Shown here: positions 34,175 through 46,297 of the stretch, piece after piece
How positions within the stretch are numbered: the stretch's first letter is position 1
Layout: each line of letters opens with the position of its first letter
Source: Azolla caroliniana
Lineage: Eukaryota; Plantae; Polypodiophyta
Direction: 5' to 3'
DNA length: 64,000 nt
NCBI GenBank assembly: GCA_043228905.1
Contig: JBHGNT010000015.1
Coordinates: forward strand, 14,508,001-14,572,000
The notes under the pieces: model-generated
What the model saw: the letters and a program-made list of their open reading frames with translations, nothing else
The model's database searches: none
What the model was told of the DNA's origin: nothing
Position numbers and translations under genes: made by a program

Positions 34175-34931
34175 GAAATTAGCGAGATATGATTCGTTCA
34201 CACTTCCTATGCTGTCAAAGTTGATCATTGAAGCTTATAATCCAAATGTAGAAGTACAACATTTGGATGAAGTTTATGATTTTAAACACTTTTGCGTGGA
34301 TGGTGATGGGACTCTATGTAGGATTCTTGCACCACTTAATAATATAAGTTTTAACCACGTCTTCCTCATAAAAAGACGTTCTATGAGCCACAACCAGACG
34401 ATGTTGTATGCCAAACAATACTCATCTAGTTCACAATGGGAGCCACAAGAGGGATGTAGGCTCTTATTGCGTTTTCTAGATGCGGTAATCCATGATTCAA
34501 AACAAATGTTGTATGACAACCATAAAAGATTGGCTCATGGTAGCTCAATTGAAGAGAAAAAGATATATTGGATCCGGTGCCTTGAAGAGAAACAAAAAAA
34601 TATTGAGCGCACCAAGAAGTACAATGGTGATCAGGATGTTGAATGGTGGGGTAACTTCTTTAACCATCGACATACAATTTTAGTTAACCACTTTGCCAGT
34701 TACTAGCAACTCCAAAATCAATTCAAATGGAATATTAGTGGCCCATTAATGGTGAGTACGACTCGTTTTCAATCACTAGATAATCCTCACTTGAATAATC
34801 TAGTTCATCCACGACAGAGAGATATTTACGTGGGACCAAGAATATCATGTGCTATAGAGGCGAGATGGCAGGGCAATCTGCATGAGCTACAAGTTGGTAT
34901 CTTGGTTGCAACATTAGTTGGGGGTGATGAG
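34175..34931 (+). pseudogene. Transposase-like fragment of a TIR DNA transposon (Sola-like, tentative); part 1
   Basis: ORF fragments EVYDFK...LNNISFNHVF...KQYSSSSQWEP. Frame continues across the copia TSD (GGDE|LGHPFWIAK) at 54396. Confidence 0.55.
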
Positions 34932-37900
34932 TGTTGGGAAACAGGTCCCTCCGGATGGGATCCGGATGAGAACCGAACGAACCGGATCAGATGAGATGAA
35001 GGAAGGAACCAGATCCGATGCATCTGGAAGGAGTCTGGCTGGATCCGGTATGAACCAGCAAATAGGAACATACTAGTAAATATCTTCAGACGTGATCGTT
35101 GAGGTCATATTTGTAAATAGTCCCAAAGTGATATAAGTATAAATATAACTGAGGGCAAATAGTTTTTTGGTGTTGTTATCATTGTAGTCATTATTGTTGT
35201 ATAGTGAGATAGAGAGAGAGATACAGAAAGCTTTTCTATTGTAAGTGCCGGTTGGCGAAGATAGAGCTCGAGGTCGTTGCCTCCGAGTCTCCCCTTGTAT
35301 CTTTCCTCTCATAGTGATAGTTGGTGTTTGTAGGCTCCCGTGGTTTTTCCTTTTTAGGGTTTTCCACATTAACATCCTAGGTTGTCTCATTTCTGTTTTC
35401 TGTTTCTTCCATTGTGTGATTGAGAATCGGTTGTGGCTGAGCACTATTCCTCACAAACTGGTACCAAAGCAAACAACATAGGAAAGAAAATAGAAGATTC
35501 TTTTGGCGGCATGTTCAAGCTCACATGCTCCAACTACCTAGTATGGAAGTCGAAGATGAGGGACACGTTGGTGGTCAAAGATCTCTAGTTGTCGGTACAG
35601 TTTGGGCACAAAAGACCAGACAAGATAGATGTCGCGATCTGGGAAGTAATGCACATGAAGACGAAGGCATATATTCGGTGCGTCATTGATATGAGCTTGT
35701 ACAACAACTTCAAGGAAGAGAACAAGGCCAACGAGCTTTGGGAGAAGATCAACACGATGTTGGAGAGCAAAAATGTTGTGAATCGGGTCTCAGTATTCCG
35801 GAAGTTAGTGAGACTCCGATACCAAAATGGCTCTAGTATGGCGGAGCACATGAATGCCTTCCAAGGGCTTATAAATCAAACAACCTCGTTGGAAGTTCCT
35901 CTAGCCGACGAGGTACTCACGTTGATGTTGCTCGGTTCCCTCCTGGATAGTTGGGAGACGCTAGTTGTCACTTTGGGCAACGCTAGGCCGGATGGTAAAC
36001 ACATATCCCTAGCAAGGGTAAAATCAAGCTTGCTGGACGAAGAAGCTCGCCGGAAGGACCGGGAGTCCGAAACTGTTGAGAATCAAGCTCAACATAGTGC
36101 AACGTGTGATCACACCTTTTGAGAATCTATGATTACTCAAACGTCAAGAGTCACACCACTACTCTCTACACATTAACTATGTGTCATAGAACCATATTCT
36201 ATGACACATAACTAATGAGTTACATATTCCCCATGACTATGAGTCTTCACATTCCCCAAGAGAGAGTGATTGTTGTAGTTAGTTAATGAAGAGAGAGGGT
36301 GACTATATATAAAGCACCCTCCCCATACTTCATACTAAGTCGGTTGTGAATCCTTGTAATGCTACATTTTGTATTTTCTATTCTACTTGTGAATATACAC
36401 CTTCTTCTTGAGTATTCCTTTTTCTATCTATCTTGTGTTCTCTCTTCTCTCCTCTAATTCCTCTCACACATACACATAACACACATTTCTTCTGCTACAC
36501 AAGAATCATATCCGATTCTTTACATGGTATCATAGTGGTTTGGTAGCTCGATCTAGCCCATCCGCGTGTGTTGTGTTCTACGCCGACCTTCAAGAAGAAC
36601 CGGCTCATCGTTATCGTAGTGCGACTACATAGCTCGTGTTCGAGAGAGAAGGAAAAGAAGAAAAAAAGCCTAATCGACAATGAATACTCAAATGGGGAGC
36701 GCTCTCCCTAGTGAGAAGCTAGATCGAAACAACTTTGCATCTTGGGGGTACAAGGCTATTGGGGTTACATCAAAGGAGCACAAGAAAACCGACCAGACCT
36801 GAAAGAAGCCGACTATGCAACATGGGAACAAGTGGCAAGCCGAGTAATTTATTGCTTGGCGACATGTGTTCACGACCACATGCTTGGCTACATTCGAGAA
36901 GCCGAGATGCCAAAGGAAATGTGGGAGAATCTACGAAAGATTTTCGCCGCCAACACAACCGTGAGAAAGCTTCAACTCCACCAAGAGCTGAACAACATCC
37001 AACAAAGGGATATGTCCATCACGAGCTACACCTTGAAGATCAGGGAGCTTTGCGACTCGCTCGGCTCGATAAGCGTTAATGTCAATGATGATGATATGGT
37101 GCAAATATGCCTTGGCGACCTTGCACCATGGTTCGGCGCGATGAGGACCGATGTATTAGCACAGGAGAATCCGTCTTCCTTTTTCGATCTTCAATCCGTG
37201 TTGTTGGTCGAAGAAAACCATGTTCGAACAAGGAGCAACGCCTTAGAAGACCACATGCTCTACACACAATCGAACGGACGAAGAGGACGCGACCGAGCAA
37301 GAGGCCGATTCGGCTGAGGACGAGGCGGACGAGGTTCGACTTACGAAAACAACTCGCAATTTCAGCATGAAGACGAAAGCCATCGAGGAACCTTCGGAAG
37401 AAGGGGGAACTTCCAATCCGGTCAAAGCCGACAAAACTCGGACGAATGCAGATATTGCGGAAAAATCGATCACCATGAAGAAGAGTGTCGTAAGAAGATA
37501 CGCTAGTCGGCTTCCACAAGCTGACAACTCACCAATTACGCCACCAACTCCGACTATGACGACCATGGCGGAATGTTCGTGATGAGACATAGATCAAATT
37601 CTATGTTGGTTTCTACTTCGAATAGCGAATCTAGTCCGGAAGACGTATGGTTCGTCGACTCCAGTGTCTCGAACCATATGACGTCTCATCAAGAATGGTT
37701 TCGAGAACTTTGAGAGTTGGACTGACCTGGCTATGTCGAAATTGGAGACGACACTACACATTTGATTCGACTCATCGGCAATGTCCCATTCGGCAAAGAA
37801 GGGAACCAAACTTTTATTAAAAATGTCTTGAACGTACCAACCATTATGAAGAATTTGGTCTCTATCGGTCAAATTGTTGACCAAAGGATGCAAATATGAT

Positions 37901-38125
37901 TTAATCAAGGCGGTTGCTTCATTTAAAAAGAGGGCCGACTCATCGCTCGCGGACGAAGAGAGGGCCGAATGTTCATTTATCGACTTGCACGAGATGAAAT
38001 CGGCCATGTTCGCAAAGGGCACGAAAGCCGATTCCAGCATAGAGTTATGGCACAAGCGGATTGGCCATATCAACCTCCAAAAGCTCAAGGCAATGCAATC
38101 GAAAGGAGTCATCATCGGGCTACCG

Positions 38126-38649
38126 ACATTCACGAAGAAAGAGGTTGAAGGCGTGTGTGCCGCTTTCCAATTCAGCAAGCATCATCGACACCTATTTCTG
38201 AAACAACGAAACGTGAGCAAAGGTGTACTCGACGTAATTCATTCCGATGTATTGGGTCCGGCTCAGACGGCTACATTCGGCTGATGCTGATACTACATGG
38301 CCTTCATCGATGACTTCTCTAGGCACACCTAGATCTACCCCATGTGGCAAAAGAGTGAAATGTTCGAACACTTCCAAAAATTTAAGAACATTCACGAAAA
38401 AAGAGGTTGAAGGTGTGTGTGCCGCTTGCCAATTCAGCAAGCAACATCGGCACCTATTTCCAAAGCAGCGGAACGTGAGCAAATGCGTACTCGACGTAAT
38501 TCATTCTGATGTATGGTGTCCGGCTCAAACGGCTACATTCGGCGGATGCCGATACTACGTGGCCTTCATCAACGACTTCTCTAGGCACACCTGGATCTAC
38601 CCCATGCGGCAAAAGAGCGAAATGTTCGGACACTTCCAAAAATTTAAGA
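38126..38649 (+). repeat. 262-bp tandem duplication within copia-B integrase
   Basis: ACATTCACGAA...AATTTAAGA at 38126 and 38388. Confidence 0.9.
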
Positions 38650-39474
38650 ATGAAGTCGAGAAAGCCACGGGCCGACAGGTACGATGTCTTCGGTCGGATA
38701 GAGGAAAAGAGTACTTCTCCAACGAATTTATGGCGTATCTTCGAAAGGAAGGAATACGACGAGAATTCTTGTGCCAACACACACCTCAGCAAAACGGTGT
38801 AGTTGAACGAAAGAATCAACACATTCTTGAAGTAGCATGAGCCATGTTGAACGAAAAGCATCTACCAAAATCGTATTGGGCAGAAGCGGCTAACACGGCT
38901 GTATACCTCATGAATCGGTGTACGACATCGGGTGTGCACAAACTTACTCCACACGAGAAGTTTTTCGGAAAGAAGCCGGATCTATCACATGTTCGGATAT
39001 TCGGACCTATCACGAGAAGCGACAAAAGATCGACCCAAAGTCAGAGAAATATATCCTCGTAGACTACTCACTGGAGAAAAAGGGGTACAAGTGTTATAAC
39101 CCCTCAACTCGAAAATCTCGGGTAAGTCGAGTCGTCGAGTCTGCATCTTGGTATGCACCAAAAATAACTTCGACTCCGATTAGATAGAAGCTGAAGATCG
39201 GCTCACGTGCATGTTCGAAGAAAGCCCAATTACGACAAGGCATAGTGGGCCACAAGAACCTCCGAGTGATCAAAGCACATCTCGGCCGAGTCCGAAGCTG
39301 GACTAAGGGAAGGTGAAAATGCCAGAGTATGAAGACGATCACTTTGACAGCAACGAATCGACTCACTCCCTCGATAGTGAGTTCAAAGGCCTTGACATCC
39401 AGACAAATGGAGCAAAGAAAGCCTTAGTATCCACAAACGAGAAGCTCCTCAAATCCACCCATGAAAAGAACCCT

Positions 39475-39933
39475 TGTTACAGGCATGACCATATAATATC
39501 CCGTGGTGAGAATTTACCGTAGTATTCTATACACGTGGATAAGTGTGAGGGTTAAACGAGAGTGTAAAGAAGGGGAGGATTACTTTTAATCCTCGGGATT
39601 GAGACAACCCATTAGGCCAAGTGTGAACATGGCTGGGGGCCTTGGGTATCACTATAAATAAGACGCCTAGCTACCCTCATTTGATGATCTGGTTAACTAC
39701 GTCGAGACTCTGTCTTGTGGTGGGTCAACTCTTGTAGCGAGTGCGCCAGCACCAGGTATGACTCGATGCCACGACGGTGGTATGGGACGCCGATCGAGGC
39801 TCAAGTCCGTCTCGATCCCTTCGCTCGGGGATGGTCGGCTGGATCGGCACCCTTCGTTCTCTCTCTCCTTTCTATCTATTTATCTATTTTCTATCCTTAT
39901 CTCATGCTTACATTAGTCTATGTCTCTAATAAC
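39475..39933 (+). mobile_element. About 460-bp solo-LTR-like insertion in copia B
   Basis: TGTTAC...TAAC ends and CTATAAATA; host EKN|PVRRFGYNDY is split. TSD ambiguous. Confidence 0.65.
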
Positions 39934-42430
39934 CCCGTAAGACGATTCGGCTACAACGATTATATGGCATACCATTACGCCTTTATGATGAAGGTAGCAA
40001 CAGTACGAGAGCCGGAAACCTTTTTCGAAGCCGTGAAGGACCCGTGATAGGTCGAAGCAATGAACGAGGAGATGCAGGCACTTTGCAAGAACGAAACATG
40101 GGATCTCGTTCCCCACTCACCGCACATGAAGGCGATTGGTTGGAGATGGATCTACAAGGTGAAGTATAACACCGACAGCTCCGTAAACTGCTACAAAGCT
40201 TGACTCGTAGCAAAAGGATACGCACAGACGCATGGAGTCGACTACGAAGAGACATTTGCCCCGGTGGTAAAGATGACGATTGTGTGGACTGTGATCGCAC
40301 TCGCAATGACGAAAGGGTGGCACCTCCACCAAATGGACGTCAAGAACGTTGTGCTTCAAGGCGAATTAGAAGAGGAGGTGTACATGGTATAACCACCCGG
40401 CTTCGAATCCAGCATTCATCCGAAAGCCGTAAGAGAACTCAAGAAGCTTATCTATGGCCTCAAGTAATCACCGCGTGCTTGGCATTTGAAGATTGCACAA
40501 TATCTTCATCAAATCGGCTTTCGAATGTCGAAATCCGACAACTCCCTCTACGTACGAAACGACTCTAGAAGCTCGATTGTCATCATCCTATACGTGGATG
40601 ATCTAGTTATTGGAGGTGAGCATTTGGTTGACATCAACAAGGTGAAATCCCTCCTCACCAACAAATTCGAGATGACGGACATGAAGGAGCTTCATTACTT
40701 CCTAGGCATCGAAGTAATTCAGATTCCAACTGGCATTATGATTTGTCAACGACACTACATCCTCAACTTGTTATACAAGTTTGGGATGACTGAGTTTAAA
40801 TATGTGGCAACCCCTCTCGATCGAAACCTCAAACTAGACGCAGACTCTGACACAGACGAGAGCGAGCTGACTCAATATCGTCAACTGATCGGGAGCCTCA
40901 TCTATCTCACGATCACTCGACCCGACCTTAACTATTCGGTCGGCCTCCTTAGCCAATTCATGAAAACTCCGCGAGATATCCATTTCGATTGCATTAAGCG
41001 AGTGTTATGATACATGAGTGCCACAATGGATTACGACATTCTCTACGTATCGACCACACCAATTCAACTCGAAAGGTACACGGATGCCGATTGGGTCGGA
41101 GACAGAGCTAATCGACGATCGATCTCCGGATTTGTCTTCTCTCTCGGTAGCGGAGCAATATCTTGGAGTAGTAAGAAGCAGCCTACCGTCGCACTTTCGA
41201 GTACGGAGGTCGAATACAGGGGCATTGTCGTAGCTGCATGTGAAGTCGTATGGCTCAAGAGGATTTTGAAGGATCTGGGCATTGCCATCAAGGATCATAC
41301 TCCCATTTATTGCGACAACATGAGCAATATATATCTAGCTCGGAACCCGGTGTTCCACGCACGCACAAAGCATATCGAAGTGCACTACCACTTCATTCAA
41401 GAGCGTGTTCAGGCCGGAGATGTCGATCTTCTACATATCAACATGAATCTTCAGACAACCAACATCTTCACCAAGGCCCTAGGAGCCGAAAAGCTTCGGC
41501 AATTCATGTCACACCTTGCATTGACGATCCCTGACTTCCCAAGCTTGAGGGGGAGTACAAGCGAGAACCAAATACCATCTGAACCGGTACAAGCCGAAGC
41601 GTACACGGTACACTAGAGATCGTCCGAACCCGATACCAGCCGAAGTGGACATCAATCAAAAGGAACCGACCCGAGTTGAGCTTGAGGGGGCGTGTTGAGA
41701 ATCAAGGTCAACATAGGGCAACGTGTGACCACACCTTTTGAGAATCTATGATTACTCAAAGGTCAAGAGTCACACCACTACTCTCTACACATTAACTATG
41801 TGTCATAGAATCATATTCTATGACACATAACTAATGAGTTACATATTCCCCATGACTATGAGTCTTCACATTCCCCAAGAGAGAGTGATTGTTGTAGTTA
41901 GTTAATGAAGAGAGAGGGTGACTATATATAAAGCACCCTCCCCATACTTCATACTAAGTCGGTTGTGACTCCTTGTAATGTTACATTTTGTTTTTGCTAT
42001 TCTACTTGTGAATATACACCTTCTTGAGTATTCCTTTTTCTATCTATCTTGTGTTCTCTCTTCTCTCCTCTAATTCCTCTCACACATACACATAACGCAC
42101 ATCTCTTCCGCTACACAAGAATCATATCCGATTCTTTACAAGAACCGATACGAAAGGCCTTGGTTTCGAAAGATGACAATAACTGGGGAAGAGGCCGGAA
42201 TCGGAGTCCCTAGAACCGGGGATGAGGTCGAAGTCAAGGGGGAGGCCCACTTGCTTTTATTGCGGAAAGACATGGCACTTCCAGAAGAATTGCCGACACT
42301 TCCGGAAGGAGAAAGGAACTAACAGTGCCAACTCGAAGAAGGGTCCAGACCAAAGGAGTTCGGATCGGAAATGAACAAAGGAAATCGCAAGAAGTGAAAA
42401 AAAGAACTACTGCTCATCACTAAGCAAAAT

Positions 42431-45400
42431 AACACCGGGACATTTGAAACAGGTAATATGTCGCATTTTGAGAACTGTCCATCAAAAAATGACACAAATT
42501 AGGGTGATTCACAAAAAGGGGTGCCGCATGCGTAAAGGAATTTTAAAAATGACCCAAAAATATATTAAGTTTTAACATGTACGGAAATTTAGGTTTTCAA
42601 AACAATGCCTAAATAATGGACATGCCAAACTTACAAATGAATGTCCAAAATGACTAACCCCAATATTTATAGAAATTCTGAATCCAAATCTTGATGTGCA
42701 ATACAATATTTATAGTTAACGTATCAGGACAATCATTTTTCAAGTTTATGTCATCATCTTCATACCCATTAGATGAACTAGTATGAGTTTATGAGGTCTC
42801 ATCCTCATCATCAATGGCAACTAATGCATTGTGTTGATCCAATTGCAATCCAACCTCATCGAGTTTATGAGTCATGCTTCTTGTTTGTCTTTGTGTTGTG
42901 TATGAAGCCACATTCCAGATCCTCTTTCAGTATCTTCATTGTGGTCTGTCACAAATAACTTGTTTTGGTCAAAGATAAGTCATACACTAATATATAAACA
43001 TTATCCAATGTAAGAGTAGATGTGCTTGATGCATCTTTCCTCCTCACTTTTTGGTTATGATATTTCATTATGTACTTTCCATTTACAAGATTAGATTATG
43101 TGAGAGAAGCTTTCTACCAAAATCATTAGAATCTAAAAAATGTCTTAAAGATGTTTTCCATTTTTCTTAGACTCTCATAATAAGCCTTTGATGTCGTACA
43201 GAAATCCGATTCATTCCATCTAGATTTGACGCAACATGTCGAATTTTACTCTATACATCTAGAATTGGATATAATGCATCAGATTCCTGTAAGTCTTGGA
43301 ATTTTTTTAAAAATTTCCATTAAAAAAATACTCTTGCATTTTAATGCATTGCATTGAATTCTAGCTACATAGACTAAAATATGATACATTGCATGGATTT
43401 CCCGAAAATACATAAATAAATACAAATTGAAAAAATAAAACATTTTCCCATCAATAAATAAATAAACATTTTTTATTTTACTCGTAAATAAATAAATAAA
43501 AATTGAAAAATTAGATTTCAATGGAAATACAATTCCGTGCATCGGATTCAATTGAAAATCCAATTTCTCTTATTTTTTTTGAAAATTTTCTTATTTTTTG
43601 AATTGTTTTTTAATTTGTTTTTATTTTTCCCATAAAAAAATAAATAATAATTGAAAAAATGTATTTTCAACGGAAATCCAATGCACTGCATCGGATTTTG
43701 GTTGAAAGTCCACTTTTACGTATTTGTTTCCAAATTTGCTTTTTTTATTTGAATTGTTTTGAATTTTTTTGAATTTTTTCTATAAAAAATAAATAAATAT
43801 TGAAGAAATATATTTTCAATGGAAATCCGATGCACTGCATCGGATTTCCGTAGAAAATCCACTTTTTCTTATTTTTTTCCAAATTTTCATAGTTTTTAGA
43901 ATTTTTTTGGTATTTTGTTTGTCTATTTTCTCATAAATAACTATATAGAAATTGAAAAAATGAATTTTCAAAGGAAATCCGATGCATTGCATCGGATTTC
44001 TATTGAAAGTCCACTTTTTGCTATTTGTTACCAAATGTTCATATTTTAAAATATTTTTTTGTATTTTTTAAATTTTTTTTCATTTTTTCCCATAAATAAA
44101 TAAATAAAAATTGCAAAAAATGGATTTTCAACAGAAATCCGATGTAGTGCATCGGATTTCTATTGAAAATCCATTTTGTCTTATTTGTTTCCAAATTTTC
44201 AGATATTTTGAATTTGTTTTGAATTGTTTTTGTTTTTATCATAAATAAATATATAGGAATTGAAAAAAATGGATTTTCAACGGAAATCCGATGCACTACA
44301 TCGGATTTCCATTGAAAGTCCACTTTTTCTTGTTTGTTTACAAATTTTCTTATTTGTTTATATTTTTCTCTAAAAAAGTGTTAAAAATAAACAAATTGTG
44401 ATTTTCTCCATTTAAAATGATGTGTTTTCAACGGGAATCCGATGCAGTGCATTGGATTTCCATTCAAAATCACTGAGTTTCAACAGAAATCTGATGCAGT
44501 GCATCGGATTTCCGTTGAAAGCCCAATATTTTTCTTATGTTTTTTCATAAAACATTAATTTGCAATTGAAATCCGACTCAATGGTTCAGATTTTGTTGAA
44601 AATGTAATATTTTTTTATTATCTCATTGTTTTATGAAAAACCTAAAAGAAATTTGGATTTTTAATTGAAATTCGATGTAGTGCATTAGATTTCAGTTGGA
44701 AATCCACTTTTTTAATATATTTTTATTTATTTTTTGAAAAAATGAAAAACAATTGAAAAGAAAGAGGATTGCCAGCTAAAATCTGATGCAATGCATCAAT
44801 GTCTAGCTGTATAGACTACGATCTGATGTAGTGTATCGGATTTCAGTTGAAAAGCCGTTTATTTTTTTTTTATATGGAAAATAAATAAATAAATAACATT
44901 GGAAAAAGAAAAAAGAAAAATGGATTTTCGACTCTAATCCAACGCATTGCATTAGATTCTAGCTATATATACTAAAATATAATGTAGTGCATAGTATTTT
45001 AGCTGAAAATCCATTTTTTTTTTTAATGGAAAATTTTTTAAAAATTACAAAAAAAAAAAAACTTGGATTTTCAACTGAAATCTAGTGCATTGCATTGGAT
45101 TCCAATTAAAAATCCAAGATTTTTTATTTTTTCAAATTTTATTGTTTCAAATTTTCAATGGGTTTTAGATTAGTTTTCTGACACAGGTATATAATATAAA
45201 ACTTACATCAATTTAGATTAACGTTATATTCTATTCTTCAGTTTGATGTTACCTGTGCAATTTCATTCTACTGTCATGTACTACTAAAACATACGCCTTA
45301 AAGATTATCAGGAACTCTGTTGCATTAGAGAAGGACCTTGAGCAAGTTAATGTCATCAAAATGAGGATCCAAGGTATCTGGGGTTGTCCTGATCAAGACC

Positions 45401-46297
45401 AAGAAGTTGGGGCAAAGCATATCAATAAAACTTAGATGTTCCAGATGACTTTTAGAAAACTTGTGGAACTATAGATGAAGACACAGGGCAACTTGTTGAA
45501 TTAGAAGACGTTTCAGAGTCTGAAAATACTAACAATTCAACTTAGCGTACTGACGAAGCCAATGAGGACAATCTTGATGAAAGAGCTAATCCTGAGTAGA
45601 CGGCTTTACCAGACTTATTATTCGATTGAATGGTTATGGCTTATTGTAAATTTTGAACAATATGAATTGTTAAATTTTGACGTAATATATAAGTTGAGCT
45701 TACTTATAATTTTCGTGTAACAATCATTGAACTTAGAAATTAAGTATACTTGTATGTGTACATGTTATCTAAACTCTCCTTTATCATTTGGGGTATATCG
45801 GAGATAAGTTTATACTCTATCATTTACTCGTATGATTGGAATGTTATTGTAGACTAGTTTATTTATACATTGACAGTGTCATGTATCACGTGTCAATGGA
45901 AATTTTCTCTTGACATAGTAGTATCTCTTAATTGCAAGGTTCACAATTTGCTTTAAGATGTATTATATTTAAATATACACACATAATTAGAAGAAGTCAC
46001 TTATTCAATGGGGCATGCTTTTTAGAATATGCACAAGGACCCGTGTTACTATTATACTTGTGTTGACAAATACACCCCTGTCTAAGATTTGGACAAAAAC
46101 ATGGTAGATAGAATATACGTCGGATGATTTTGTTGACGTGATATTAGTTAGTTCTTTTTTTCGCTATGTTTTCATAAACCACATACACATGCGTCGTGCC
46201 TTGTTGAAATTCTGCTTAAATAAGGCATTTTTTAACATCTCACTAAGATATGAAAAAGAGAATGCGACATATTACCTGTTTCAAATGACCCGGTGTT
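42431..46297 (-). mobile_element. Non-autonomous TIR DNA transposon (Sola1-like, tentative), 3867 bp
   Basis: 37-bp TIRs AACACCGGG(A/T)CATTTGAAACAGGTAATATGTCGCATT with 1 mismatch; 4-bp TSD AAAT/AAAT. 42431-43080 is the reverse complement of about 54480-55162. Confidence 0.85.
43190..45120. repeat. Array of about 18 palindromes separated by A/T-rich spacers; about 150-bp period in the core
   Basis: Consensus TTTTCAACGGAAATCCGATGCA-N-TGCATCGGATTTCCGTTGAAAA; centres at 43686, 43835, 43987, 44147, 44296, 44447. Confidence 0.9.

Larger units (their letters stand above)
36074..42140 (+). mobile_element. Copia B, full length but degenerate, nested in copia-A gag
   Basis: LTRs 36074-36524 and 41693-42140 (about 12 substitutions plus one 3-bp indel by eye); PBS TGGTATC at 36525; gag/PR/IN/RT (YVDD)/RH fragments; TSD GAAAC/AGAAC. 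Confidence 0.93.

Noticed and set aside
43190-45120. CRISPR-like repeat-spacer array
   Set aside because: Spacers are about 100 bp, homologous to each other and low-complexity; eukaryotic context; no cas genes.
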